Below are positions 49,258 to 59,901 of a stretch of 64,000 nucleotides of DNA, piece by piece (positions within the stretch are counted from its first letter, which is position 1; each line of letters starts with the position of its first letter). The notes beneath the pieces were generated by a model. It saw only the letters and a list, made by a program, of their open reading frames with translations, was not told where the DNA came from and did not search any database. The position numbers and the translations under genes were made by a program. The stretch lies in the IMG/VR virus record IMGVR_UViG_3300023174_000053, positions 1 to 64,000 of that record; one strand, 5' to 3'. The stretch comes from a virus.

Positions 49258-50201
49258 ATTTTTCTACCAACAACTCCATTAGATTCTACATTTATTTTAA
49301 CAGATTGGTATGGAACAGTCAAGGAATCCTTTTCAGAAAACACGAGAAAAAATCCACCATTACCAGCACCACATAGTTTATGAGCAAGAACAGTTTCATT
49401 TTCATTTAATTGTTCGTCTATTTCTTTTATAGTAGAACTCTCAGTAATTGTGGAACTTGTTTTCTTTTTTTGAATCCAACTTTTATTCAAATAATTAAGA
49501 AACTTGCCATAATCTTTTTGGAGAAGAGCATCATATGCCTTATCTACAGTTGCAAGAAGTGGTTTAGACTTATCAATGTTATCAGTAACATCTTTCAAAA
49601 CATTTTTGGAATTGCGAGTTACTCCAGTAAAGACAAGATGAGCATCATATATTTTAAAGAATTCTGTTGGAAGAAAATCATATTTTACGATTCCACCTTT
49701 CTTAAATTCCATTCTTTTGAATCCACCAATACCACATCCATAAGGATCTTGATATCCACAATAAGGATTCATTTCTAGTTCTAATTGATATGCAAGTTCG
49801 CAGATTTCAATATCAGTCATCTGCAAATCATTAAATATAGAAATTGATTTAATTAAACTAATAATATAAGACGAAGATGATGCCAATCCACTTCCCTGTG
49901 AGTAAGCATCACTCGTCATAGAAACATTAATTGGGTGAACTCCAAAATAATTGAGAACAATTCTTACCAATTCATTTTCAATATCTCCAATAAATTCCGT
50001 TTCTTCTCTTTTAGAGTAATTAATAATATATTTGCTCTGATTGTAATTATACCCAATTTTATCCTCATGAAGAGTAATATAGGTTTTTAAATCACAAGTA
50101 AAACTAATTACAGATCCATACCCATACTTTTCTACAAAATATGGATTATCTGTTGAACCACCAAATAAAGAGACTCTTAGTGGACAAGATGATATAATCA
50201 T
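49254..50201 (-). CDS. hddA: GHMP kinase, D-glycero-D-manno-heptose-7-phosphate kinase-like
   Basis: PLRVSLFGGSTD, GSGLASSS, GYQD, KLCGAGNGGF. Confidence 0.75.
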   Translation of the reverse strand: MIISSCPLRVSLFGGSTDNPYFVEKYGYGSVISFTCDLKTYITLHEDKIGYNYNQSKYIINYSKREETEFIGDIENELVRIVLNYFGVHPINVSMTSDAYSQGSGLASSSSYIISLIKSISIFNDLQMTDIEICELAYQLELEMNPYCGYQDPYGCGIGGFKRMEFKKGGIVKYDFLPTEFFKIYDAHLVFTGVTRNSKNVLKDVTDNIDKSKPLLATVDKAYDALLQKDYGKFLNYLNKSWIQKKKTSSTITESSTIKEIDEQLNENETVLAHKLCGAGNGGFFLVFSEKDSLTVPYQSVKINVESNGVVGRKI

Positions 50202-51163
50202 AAATTTATAATATTTTCAATATCATTTACATATTTTTTCATTTTTTCAACCAAGGAAAATGATTCAATTCCATACTCTCTAATTTCATTCCTTCTTTCC
50301 AAAGATACTTTTCTATTTTCAAATATTTTTTTAGAAATATATTCTAAATCATTCAACTTTTCATTAGGAATTACCTCAATAAAATTTAAACTAGTATCAA
50401 GTTCATTTACATTTTGCTCGGAAACTACAACTCCCAAACCAAGAATTAGAGCTTCCATTATAACCATTGCTGTGCCATTTTCACCATCACTAAGATGAAC
50501 AAGATTTGCATATGATGTAATTATACCATTACTTTTCAATTCCCCCAAATAATTTTTATTTTCTGGGTCAAAAGATGTTCCAGGAAAATACTTACCAACA
50601 AAATCTATTCCTGGAATAGATTGATATAGATATTGTTTTTTCCTTTGATGAATTTGACCAAGATAAAGAGATTTATTTGGATTTTCGCATTCACTATTAT
50701 ATCTAAATTCAGAAACTAGGGGTCCTTCTCTTAAATGAAAAATTCTATCTTTTGGAAATCCATTTTCAATAAAAAAATCATAATTTTTTGGAGAAACAGA
50801 AAAATTATAAAATTTATTTCCATTATTTAAAATATAGTCAAAAATTTTATCATATCCATCACGTCTATGCATATTTACCTGTTCAATATATGGGTAATGA
50901 CTGCTAAACAAAATTGGACATTTTACTTTATCATACAAATAATCAACAACAGGATAATGTTGATCATAATGAAAATGAATTACATCATAATCACCATTTA
51001 AACATTCTGCAGTAATCTCATTCATATCTGGAGTATTCAAAATATCCCCCTCATGCCCTAATTCACTTAAAGCACAAGATCTATACCAAATAGCTCTTTC
51101 TACTGCACCCCATCCTGTTGGTGGGATAGGCATTATTCCTGGACCGACTAAACAAATTTTCAT
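50198..51163 (-). CDS. GT-B glycosyltransferase (paralogue of the N-terminal half of 45398-47131)
   Basis: GPGIMPIPPTGWGA.E and LSDGE...MEAL..GLGVVV. Confidence 0.75.
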   Translation of the reverse strand: MKICLVGPGIMPIPPTGWGAVERAIWYRSCALSELGHEGDILNTPDMNEITAECLNGDYDVIHFHYDQHYPVVDYLYDKVKCPILFSSHYPYIEQVNMHRRDGYDKIFDYILNNGNKFYNFSVSPKNYDFFIENGFPKDRIFHLREGPLVSEFRYNSECENPNKSLYLGQIHQRKKQYLYQSIPGIDFVGKYFPGTSFDPENKNYLGELKSNGIITSYANLVHLSDGENGTAMVIMEALILGLGVVVSEQNVNELDTSLNFIEVIPNEKLNDLEYISKKIFENRKVSLERRNEIREYGIESFSLVEKMKKYVNDIENIINL

Positions 51164-51963
51164 TTTGTTAACTCTGTAAATAACTCCATTTGTTTCCAAT
51201 TATTTCTATAAAATATTTCAAAAAATTCTGGTTTATTTTTTACAAGATAACCCAAAGCAATTTGTTCGTTATTTAAATTATTTTTAGAAATCATATCATT
51301 AAAAAGAATATTTTCAATTTCACCTAAAATTTTGGGGTGAATGTTTTTATGCATACCAAAAAAAGTACCACAAACGAATGACCTAGCATCATAAAAGTAA
51401 CTTCTATCTAAAGAATTTGAAGATACAAGATCAGAATAAGATTCCATATTTTGTTGTATAAGAAATTTTTCTCCCAATTCATCCAATTCTTTATTAGCAG
51501 CAACTCCTGGAAATTCTTGTTCCAAATTAAATCCATCAAAAAATCTAGATGCTCCTGCATCAATCCAAAAAAATAATTCACTATTAAAATCATTATTTTG
51601 GATTGATTTTTCAATCCATTTAAATTTAGAATACTGAATAATAGAATAAAGAGAATAATTACACTCTATTCTATCCAAAACTGTCATTTTATTTTTATAA
51701 TCATCGGATTGAAGAATTGAATCCATTTTATCTTTTAAGTAATAATATGGAATTTCGTCAAGTCTTTGGGAAATAATCTTAGTATTTTGATCTTCTCTAT
51801 GACTTTTTACAAAATCCACAAGACTCTCTTCTACAAAAATAACCATAGGGCATTTTAATTTTAACGTCACAGAAAACCATTGAAGATATTCATCCCAGGT
51901 TCTTCCATCCATATTTTCCCTATTAATATTAAATAAAGCCGTGGTAATTGTTATATTTTTCAT
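51160..51963 (-). CDS. HtrL/YibB-family glycan-modifying protein
   Basis: ITTALFNI.R, FWIDAG, F.CGTFFG, NNEQ. Confidence 0.65.
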   Translation of the reverse strand: MKNITITTALFNINRENMDGRTWDEYLQWFSVTLKLKCPMVIFVEESLVDFVKSHREDQNTKIISQRLDEIPYYYLKDKMDSILQSDDYKNKMTVLDRIECNYSLYSIIQYSKFKWIEKSIQNNDFNSELFFWIDAGASRFFDGFNLEQEFPGVAANKELDELGEKFLIQQNMESYSDLVSSNSLDRSYFYDARSFVCGTFFGMHKNIHPKILGEIENILFNDMISKNNLNNEQIALGYLVKNKPEFFEIFYRNNWKQMELFTELTK

Positions 51964-51965
51964 AA

Positions 51966-52784
51966 TTAAATTCTTTCCCAATTTTTAGGTAACTGATCTT
52001 TTAAAATTAAATGTTCCAATTCTGTCCCATACCATTTTTTTGGAGCAATTACTTTTTTATTCTTATTTTTTGACAACCAAGCCCCCCACCAAGAAAATGT
52101 ACTGTTTGCCATAATAAAATCATTACACATTGCCATCAAACAAAGATCAAAATGACCTTTATATATTCTATCAGGTGTATCAACAAAAAATGAATTTCTA
52201 TTTGTAAAAATTTCTTGTTTTTTGCACCATTCAATATCATCAGAAAAAATTAAAATATCTCTACCTTCAAATTTTTCCAAGGCAGTTTTATAATAATCTA
52301 AACTACAAACAGGATGACGATTCAAATGATGTGGTAGTAAAAAATCACCTCTTCTTACAGTCAAAGCAACTGGTTCATTTTTTAATATATCCTTTCCATA
52401 TGATAAACATTTTTCAACAATAAAATCTTTAAATTCATAATTTTTTCTAATTTTATCTTCTACGTGTTTAAAATATTTTTCACTTTCAAAATATCCAATC
52501 AAAGTTACATTATCTGGACACTCATCAAGCAATTCTTCACAAAAATGATATTGATTTAATTCAACAATATCACCATCAACAAATCCATATTTTCCTTCAA
52601 ATTCAGACATTTTAAAACATCCTTGAAGTTCATGGTGTTGAAAACCACCAAAATCATTATATATGGAATGGTCTGGAATGCAATAATCATACTTACGATG
52701 TGCTGCAATTCCTAAAAGTGCAGCACACTGAAACATTTGATTTCCTAGTCTTCCTATTTGTCCTAAATGATTAAATCCTATCAT
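51966..52784 (-). CDS. Alpha-1,2-fucosyltransferase (GT11)
   Basis: GRLGNQMFQ, GYFESEKYF, VRRGDF, FSDDIEWC, ANSTFSWWGAWL. Confidence 0.88.
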   Translation of the reverse strand: MIGFNHLGQIGRLGNQMFQCAALLGIAAHRKYDYCIPDHSIYNDFGGFQHHELQGCFKMSEFEGKYGFVDGDIVELNQYHFCEELLDECPDNVTLIGYFESEKYFKHVEDKIRKNYEFKDFIVEKCLSYGKDILKNEPVALTVRRGDFLLPHHLNRHPVCSLDYYKTALEKFEGRDILIFSDDIEWCKKQEIFTNRNSFFVDTPDRIYKGHFDLCLMAMCNDFIMANSTFSWWGAWLSKNKNKKVIAPKKWYGTELEHLILKDQLPKNWERI

Positions 52785-52789
52785 AATTT

Positions 52790-53539
52790 TTATTTGTCAT
52801 AATATTCTCTAAATTGATGAACTAATGGATTTGTTTTTGTTCTCCAATTAGCATCTCTGGTACATTCAATTATATCTGGATTGAATACTTCTTCTTCTCC
52901 TACCATAGCAAATAGAGTTGGTATCAAAGCATCATGGGCACACATAGCATACCATTCATATGAAAGTTTATCAAGTATTCCATCGTACTCTCTAAATTTT
53001 TTCAATGCTTTTAAAAAAGTTTCAACTTCAAATACACAAGGAGATGCACCCCATCTTGTTAAAATTTTTGCACCATCAACAGATGCAAGAACATCACGAT
53101 ACCCCTTTGGCGAACAACAATTAATTCTTGATCCCAAAAGTTTAGCATCATCTGGAATTGTCAATTTTCCTCTGATTAAAGCATCAGGATCCATCATAAC
53201 CATCCAATCTGGATATTTACAATATTCTATTGCTCTTTCCAATCTATCCAAAACAGTCAGAGCACACTTTTTGATTACATTTTGATAATAATCTTCTCTA
53301 AAATTTCCTGGACCTGCACCATTAGGTCCTGCTGTTATTTTAAATATGTCTGACATTGTATCTTCTTCCAAAGATACAAATAAATTATCATAGATATCTT
53401 TTAAATATGAGAAATCCAATCCACCATCAGAAACCAAATAAATTAAAGAATCTGGGTAATGAATTCTTAATTGTTGAACAGAATAATCAACCGCACGTTG
53501 TTCATTAAAACAACTATACATAAATCCTAATGTTTTCAT
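52790..53539 (-). CDS. Putative GT-A glycosyltransferase
   Basis: LVSDGG and DPD motifs; glycan-island context. Confidence 0.45.
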   Translation of the reverse strand: MKTLGFMYSCFNEQRAVDYSVQQLRIHYPDSLIYLVSDGGLDFSYLKDIYDNLFVSLEEDTMSDIFKITAGPNGAGPGNFREDYYQNVIKKCALTVLDRLERAIEYCKYPDWMVMMDPDALIRGKLTIPDDAKLLGSRINCCSPKGYRDVLASVDGAKILTRWGASPCVFEVETFLKALKKFREYDGILDKLSYEWYAMCAHDALIPTLFAMVGEEEVFNPDIIECTRDANWRTKTNPLVHQFREYYDK

Positions 53540-53540
53540 A

Positions 53541-54149
53541 TTAATTAAATTTTGCAATTATTTCTGAAGGATATTCACTCTCTGATTTTAATTTTTCTAT
53601 TAAAGATTTATCAAATTCAGAAGGATCAATCCACCAATCTTCAAAAGGATATTCTTTTCCTTCATATCCAGATTGTTGGACATACACGTTAGAGCAAAGT
53701 AAAAAATATCCAAAAGATTCTAAAATACTTCTCTGTTGTTCTCTATATTCATCTCCATAAAGATATCCGTCATGTTCAATTGTGATTACTTTAAATCTAT
53801 ATTCATCAAGTGGTAAAATTTTAAGAACATTAAGACTTAAAGTATCTACATCCAAAGAAAGATAATCAATATTTTTAGGAAATTCATATTCTTCAAATAC
53901 TTGTATATAATCAACACCAAGAGCATCTTCATTCAAATGAACACCACTTTTTCTAGTTCCATAACTTTCATTATATGAACTTTCGATCTCAACACTTATC
54001 GATGACCAATCTAGGTCTTGAAAATAAAAAGTATTATTGAAAATGATAGAATGGCAACTTCCAATATCTACACAATATCCATTTTTTTTAAAATTTAAAA
54101 TATTTGCAACAAATTGATCTTGCTTTGCATCAGAATAAAAACGATTCAT
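53541..54149 (-). CDS. FkbM-like methyltransferase
   Basis: QD.FV, VDIG, NNT, IDYLSLDVD, ITIEH. Confidence 0.65.
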   Translation of the reverse strand: MNRFYSDAKQDQFVANILNFKKNGYCVDIGSCHSIIFNNTFYFQDLDWSSISVEIESSYNESYGTRKSGVHLNEDALGVDYIQVFEEYEFPKNIDYLSLDVDTLSLNVLKILPLDEYRFKVITIEHDGYLYGDEYREQQRSILESFGYFLLCSNVYVQQSGYEGKEYPFEDWWIDPSEFDKSLIEKLKSESEYPSEIIAKFN

Positions 54150-54235
54150 AATTTACTTCAAATTGCTTATAATTGTTTCTAAAGTATGTATAAACTTTTC
54201 ATTGGTCCAAGAATTATACTTTTTTAAAAATTTTA

Positions 54236-55006
54236 TTAAAATCCATCTTCATGCCACCCTTCAACGTTGAGATCAAATGGAAAATAATAAATATTATTTT
54301 TTGGCCAAATAAAATCTATTCCTTTTCTTGGAAAAGATTTAAAATATTTTGGCATTACCTCTGTACTAACTTGTTTGGCATACTCCCAATTTACTGCCCC
54401 ATCATACAAATATTTTTCTTGGTCATTTACCATATCAACAACTCTATCATCAAATCTACTACAATAATAAGCACCAATATATGTTTCTGATCTAGTGAAC
54501 AAGTTCATATATGAAGACATATTATTGCGGTTAATTCCCATTTTCTGACACAAATCATTTTGTTCAAATGGTATATCAAACAAATTAATCATATCTTCTT
54601 TATATCCCATAAAAACATGATCTCTCGGATGGAACAGATGTGCAAAAATATTTCCACAAATAAAAATTGTTTCCTTCTTCTTATTTTCAATAAAGTAGTT
54701 AATCATATTATCCATACCTTGATGATTAAACTTTTGATCACTTCTCATCTTAATAATGTATTTTGCTTTAGATGCTTTTACACCATTTAAAGATGTAGTT
54801 AGTTGCATATTAACGTTTCCTACACCAGAATATGGAGGATAAACTGAATTTCTTACGAATTTAACTCTATCCAATTTATATTCTTCTGTCTTGTCTACGT
54901 CCCAACAAGAAATAATAATATTGTCAATTAAATCAATTTTAAGATACAAATCAATAACTTCATCTGTGAATTCTGTATATGGACCTTGAATAACTATGTC
55001 TATCAT
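54236..55006 (-). CDS. WavE-like LPS synthesis protein
   Basis: DIVIQGP, IIISCW, N.N.Q..TSLNG, KMRSDQ, FHPRDH.F.G. Confidence 0.7.
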   Translation of the reverse strand: MIDIVIQGPYTEFTDEVIDLYLKIDLIDNIIISCWDVDKTEEYKLDRVKFVRNSVYPPYSGVGNVNMQLTTSLNGVKASKAKYIIKMRSDQKFNHQGMDNMINYFIENKKKETIFICGNIFAHLFHPRDHVFMGYKEDMINLFDIPFEQNDLCQKMGINRNNMSSYMNLFTRSETYIGAYYCSRFDDRVVDMVNDQEKYLYDGAVNWEYAKQVSTEVMPKYFKSFPRKGIDFIWPKNNIYYFPFDLNVEGWHEDGF

Positions 55007-55007
55007 A

Positions 55008-56066
55008 TTATTTTAAAAACTCTGTTAGATTATCGGAATTTCTTGGAAGATTAATTGATTCACATGCTGGATAGGGATTACTATTAGCAAAATCATTGAT
55101 AATAACTCGTTTACAGTGAGGAAGTCCCATAATAAGTGTATCATATGGAATATTATACTTGTACATCTCATCTATTGTCAACTCTCTAAGTCTTTCTGGT
55201 CTACTTGTTGTCAAAATAATTTTAACTTTTCCAGAATCATAAAGTTTCCTTAAAAGAGAAATATTACTATTCAGTGGTTCTCCAGTTCCAACATATGGTG
55301 GAAAGTGTATTGAAGAATTAAAAACTAGTGTTCCATCAATATCTACAAATAAACAACGGTACTGACTTTTATATTTGTTCCATGCATCAAGAGTTCCCCA
55401 ATCTTTAAAGTTAGTAGTTGACAATCCATTAAATCTAGATCCAGAAAGAATCATTTCAAAAATAATATTGCTAATATAACATTCTCCATCAAGATCTTCA
55501 ATTTGCTCATATGCTTTACAGAATTCTTTGGCATCTTTAAATCCATATCCACCAACAGAAAAAGTAGAACTAATAACTTTTTTCTCAACTATATTAGTTA
55601 CAATACCATTAATGTCAAATTCAACATAACTTTTTGTTTTTGCATTAATATCATCCATGTTATTCAAATCAAAAAATGCAATTTGATTCTCATCATCGAC
55701 TAATTCACATTCATAGTAACCATCAGAGTCTTTAATAAAAATAAATCCTTCAATATTTTCTAATTTAATTGCATTATAAACTGTTTCAGACTGAGAGGAA
55801 GTTTGATTATCCAAAAATATTATTTTTGACTTATTTTCAATTCCACATTCTTCAAGTTCTTCATGAAATCCTTTTGAAAAACCATACTTAATTTCATGCT
55901 CATTTAGGCATATAAAATAGATGGCATCAAAAAAGTCTAGATTAATTCCAGATATTGCATCCATAACCATAAACTTGTTTTTCATTGGATGAGTTAACAT
56001 CCATTTAGGTTTCATATTTGGAAATCTAGATGATTTCCCTGCCATTGGTACAATTAAATTTTTCAT
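55008..56066 (-). CDS. Sugar-phosphate nucleotidyltransferase fused to a C-terminal HAD domain
   Basis: IVPMAGKSSRFP..PK, IVEKKVIS, DWGT; then FVDIDGTL. Confidence 0.7.
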   Translation of the reverse strand: MKNLIVPMAGKSSRFPNMKPKWMLTHPMKNKFMVMDAISGINLDFFDAIYFICLNEHEIKYGFSKGFHEELEECGIENKSKIIFLDNQTSSQSETVYNAIKLENIEGFIFIKDSDGYYECELVDDENQIAFFDLNNMDDINAKTKSYVEFDINGIVTNIVEKKVISSTFSVGGYGFKDAKEFCKAYEQIEDLDGECYISNIIFEMILSGSRFNGLSTTNFKDWGTLDAWNKYKSQYRCLFVDIDGTLVFNSSIHFPPYVGTGEPLNSNISLLRKLYDSGKVKIILTTSRPERLRELTIDEMYKYNIPYDTLIMGLPHCKRVIINDFANSNPYPACESINLPRNSDNLTEFLK

Positions 56067-56868
56067 ATAGATCAGTTTTTAAAATGCTACTATTAAGTAT
56101 ACTTTTTTGTTTTGAATTAATCAAGTAAGGTTCTATTCGCAATAGATTTAAAGAATCTAATATTTTAAATTCATCACTTTCAATATAATTTTGATACCTA
56201 AAATATAAATTTTTCCAAATATATTGATACGATTGTTTGATTCTTATATCATCAATTTTATTTAGTTTCAAATTCCAAAAATAATACAAATCTTGTTTCA
56301 ATTTAACCATATCACACAAGAAACTATCAATATAAGAATCTAAAAAATCTATAAAAAATAATCTATTTTTATGAAATAAAATATTTGAGAAGGTTAAATC
56401 ACCATGACAAAAAGTTTTTGGTATTGATACAATTTCTTTACTCAAGATATTATTTTTTATAAAATTCAAATAACTACCATATTTTGTTTTTTCTTCCAAA
56501 CTTTCAATCTTTGATATTAATTTATTTTTAATATTAGATATTTTTATATTAGAAATTAAAAAATCAAAATATTCAAATAAAGTATGAACAACAAAATCAA
56601 TATTGTTAATACAAGAAGTAGAAAAATATTCTTCAAAAGAAAGTCCAGAGATATACTCCATATCAAAATAATACAAAGAATCAAAATTTGAGTTATAAAT
56701 TTTTGGAGTATCTATATTTTTTAATATAAAATTTGAAAATAATTTTTGCTTCTCAATTTGGGATGATAATCTGGAATTATACTCCATCGAAGATGAATAT
56801 TTTCTCAAACTTAAGTTATCTAATAATTCAAGTTTGCATCCAGATAATCCAGATTTTAAATTACTCAT
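56026..56868 (-). CDS. APH/choline-kinase-like phosphotransferase
   Basis: GLSGC, CHGDLTFSNIL, FIDFLD. Confidence 0.7.
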   Translation of the reverse strand: MSNLKSGLSGCKLELLDNLSLRKYSSSMEYNSRLSSQIEKQKLFSNFILKNIDTPKIYNSNFDSLYYFDMEYISGLSFEEYFSTSCINNIDFVVHTLFEYFDFLISNIKISNIKNKLISKIESLEEKTKYGSYLNFIKNNILSKEIVSIPKTFCHGDLTFSNILFHKNRLFFIDFLDSYIDSFLCDMVKLKQDLYYFWNLKLNKIDDIRIKQSYQYIWKNLYFRYQNYIESDEFKILDSLNLLRIEPYLINSKQKSILNSSILKTDLYEKFNCTNGREII

Positions 56869-56876
56869 GAATGAAA

Positions 56877-57701
56877 TTAATATCCATTTAAATGCAAATA
56901 AGTTACTATTCTTTGCAAATAAAAATCTTTAGAATCATACAAATATTCTTTTCCATAATTCAAATTAAATTCTTCTATTGAAGATTCATGCAATGGATGC
57001 ATTCCTGATGGATGATCATAAGTAGAATCTGGAATATTTCTATCATTCACTGTTTTAATTATATCTTCACCAAGTTCTTTCATATTTAATCTTTTTAAAA
57101 TTTGATTAGTAACATATAAAAATACTAAACTAGTTGGATGATGTGGGATTAAAAATAAAAGTTTATTTGAAAGATTTTCTTCTATAAAATTTGAAACTTT
57201 AATATCTGTCAATGTTTCTTTTTGTTTTAAAATTTGTATACTTTTATCAAACCTATTTTTATAATCCCAGTTTATTTTATTTTTATGATATAAATTGAGT
57301 ATATCATTTCTTTTCAATCCCTTTGAAAGTAAATTCTCAATTACTTCTCCACCAAACCATATGTTTATATTTTTTCCTTTTTGAACAAGTGGCCACATAG
57401 CAGAGGAAAAAATGTAAGGATATGCTATTTTAATAGCATCATTTTTTACATAAGATCCAATAGATCCTTCAACACTTGGATCCGTAGAATAACACCCATG
57501 AACTATTCGCAAAGGATGATATATAAACAGATCCGCATTTTGAATATCATTCATAGGAATTTCACAATTATTTTTAATTAATTGCCAATTAGTATAATGT
57601 TTCATCTCATAAGTTTTATTAAACTCATCACTTTGAGATAGATAATACATTATTCCATCATTTTGGCAATTTCCTATCAATAAGCAATTTAATTTTTTCA
57701 T
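56877..57701 (-). CDS. WcbI-like polysaccharide modification protein
   Basis: IGNCQ, ADLFIY.P, LF....HP. Confidence 0.65.
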   Translation of the reverse strand: MKKLNCLLIGNCQNDGIMYYLSQSDEFNKTYEMKHYTNWQLIKNNCEIPMNDIQNADLFIYHPLRIVHGCYSTDPSVEGSIGSYVKNDAIKIAYPYIFSSAMWPLVQKGKNINIWFGGEVIENLLSKGLKRNDILNLYHKNKINWDYKNRFDKSIQILKQKETLTDIKVSNFIEENLSNKLLFLIPHHPTSLVFLYVTNQILKRLNMKELGEDIIKTVNDRNIPDSTYDHPSGMHPLHESSIEEFNLNYGKEYLYDSKDFYLQRIVTYLHLNGY

Positions 57702-58669
57702 TTTAATATAGAAAGCAAACTATTGACTCTATTGATATAGGTATGATTTTCTTTTACATATTTCATACCATCTAAAATTAACTTTTCATTTTCTCTATTT
57801 TTCATTGCTTCATAAAATAACTCTGATGTATCATCACAATAAACACAATTACCATCAAGTTCTTTGTATATCTCTTCTGAATTAGTCAATCCAAGATGAC
57901 CATAACTTATATTTTTAAAAACTCTACAAGTAAGAAGTTTTTGTTTTAAGTGCTGAAGTCCTCTAATATCAATTCCAAGAAGAGATTCTTGGGTTCTTCG
58001 AATTACTTCTTCATTTGAAAGGGGATTTGTCCAAGGATCATTATGAACAAACCCAATATTATTTTTTTTACATTCTTCTATGAAAGGAAGAAAATTTGAA
58101 TAATTTTCACAAATGCCAAATGAAGATATTGTTCCACAATAATAAACATTTGGTTCTCTTGGAATGTAAATATCATCCTCATTGAATTCATCTGGAAGTT
58201 TATTAGTTGCCCAACTTATATAAACTTTATCATAATCACTCATCTCATAATCAACATAATCATTTTTGACCTTAACTTTTTCAAGTGTTTTGGGGACAAA
58301 ATAACAAGCAGGTCCAATTTTAATTGCAGTGTTTTTATCTAAAGAATATTCTTGAATATGATCTTTAAAGTCAACTGCTGCCATTCGAATATCAATATAC
58401 CTTTCAGCATCTTGATATTTAATAGGAGATGGGCAATACATAATCAAATAACAACTTGTATTATTGATAGGTATTTTTTTATCTGCAAATCCTTCACCAA
58501 CAAAAAGACAATTTGTAAAATCAAATTCTATTGGATAATCATCATCATGAAACCAGTAGACATCATACCCAAGATGTTTAAATGTCCTATAATATGCCTC
58601 ATGAACATACGAATGTGTATGAGAGTATAATGGATGTCCCCAAATAACTACTTTAGAATATTTCATCAA
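57698..58669 (-). CDS. Putative glycosyltransferase
   Basis: HTHSYVH, CRVFKNISYG, VKENHTYINRV. Confidence 0.6.
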   Translation of the reverse strand: MMKYSKVVIWGHPLYSHTHSYVHEAYYRTFKHLGYDVYWFHDDDYPIEFDFTNCLFVGEGFADKKIPINNTSCYLIMYCPSPIKYQDAERYIDIRMAAVDFKDHIQEYSLDKNTAIKIGPACYFVPKTLEKVKVKNDYVDYEMSDYDKVYISWATNKLPDEFNEDDIYIPREPNVYYCGTISSFGICENYSNFLPFIEECKKNNIGFVHNDPWTNPLSNEEVIRRTQESLLGIDIRGLQHLKQKLLTCRVFKNISYGHLGLTNSEEIYKELDGNCVYCDDTSELFYEAMKNRENEKLILDGMKYVKENHTYINRVNSLLSILK

Positions 58670-59901
58670 ATAATTTGAATATAAGGAAGTGGAAAAATGA
58701 ATTTACCCCCAGAATTTAGATAATCTTTCTCTCTTTGAATTATACCATTTTTAAAATGCCATGGCAACACTATCATATAATCTGGTTTCATATCTTTAAC
58801 TTCTTGTTCAGAAATAATAGGAATATTAGTTCCAGGGGTTACACATCCAAATTTGTCAGGATTCACTTCACCAATTGCAGCAATATCATCAGAAGTAAAT
58901 CCACACCATTGCAGAAGAACATTTCCTTTGGTAGATGCACCATAACCATAAATTATTTTTCCTTCTGATCGAAGAGATTTCACTAATTCCACAAGAGAGT
59001 TTCTATGCTCATATGTCCTTTGAGCAAACTCAAAATATGGTTTAACTGTATGAAGACCCATTCTATATTCTTCTTCAATCAACCAATTAATAACTGCAAT
59101 ATTTTTTCCAATGCTTGTATTTTCTGCTTTACATGCAGTCACTGCAAAACTACCACCATTGATGTCATTTAATGTCACATCAACAATTCGCATTCCTGCT
59201 CGATTAAGAATATTTTCAACAGAAAGCATTGAATAATATTCAATATGTTCATGGCATCCAGTATCATAAGACAATGATCTCAAAGTAGATGGAAGATATG
59301 CTTGCTCAAAATGCCACAATCCATCATCTGCAAGAATAGAATGAATATCTTTTACAAATGAAACTGGATCATCTAAATCATAAAAACAAGAAATAGATGT
59401 AACTAATTTTGCATTTTTTGATTTTTCTACAGATCGATAAGCATCTTCGGAAAAGAAATCCGCAACATAAGAAATTTCTTCTGGATAGTAATGACTAAAC
59501 TTTTTAATAGTCGGGTCAATTCCAATTCTTTTTGTAAACACAGGAAGTGCTTTCAAAAAAGTACAATCATTTGATCCAATATCTACTACAACATCACCGT
59601 CTTTAAGATTTGCAAGTTCTGTAAGATAATTTGCTTTTTGAACCAAATGTTGAATCATAGAATTATTCAAACTAGAAAGATAACCATAATTATCTCCATA
59701 CATATCTGTTGGTTCATATGTATGCTTTAACTGTACCAAATAACTAGATGGACTCCAAACAAGTTCAAGTGGACCTGATGCAATTTCTTCATTTGGTTTT
59801 GGAAAAACTCCTGTAAGTTTTTGATTTCCAAGATTCAAAAAAGTAACAAGATCAGATTCACCACTAACTCTACAAGATTGAATTTCAGTATATGCCGTCA
59901 T
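58666..59901 (-). CDS. NDP-sugar C-methyltransferase
   Basis: [38 protein letters not shown]. Confidence 0.85.
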   Translation of the reverse strand: MTAYTEIQSCRVSGESDLVTFLNLGNQKLTGVFPKPNEEIASGPLELVWSPSSYLVQLKHTYEPTDMYGDNYGYLSSLNNSMIQHLVQKANYLTELANLKDGDVVVDIGSNDCTFLKALPVFTKRIGIDPTIKKFSHYYPEEISYVADFFSEDAYRSVEKSKNAKLVTSISCFYDLDDPVSFVKDIHSILADDGLWHFEQAYLPSTLRSLSYDTGCHEHIEYYSMLSVENILNRAGMRIVDVTLNDINGGSFAVTACKAENTSIGKNIAVINWLIEEEYRMGLHTVKPYFEFAQRTYEHRNSLVELVKSLRSEGKIIYGYGASTKGNVLLQWCGFTSDDIAAIGEVNPDKFGCVTPGTNIPIISEQEVKDMKPDYMIVLPWHFKNGIIQREKDYLNSGGKFIFPLPYIQII

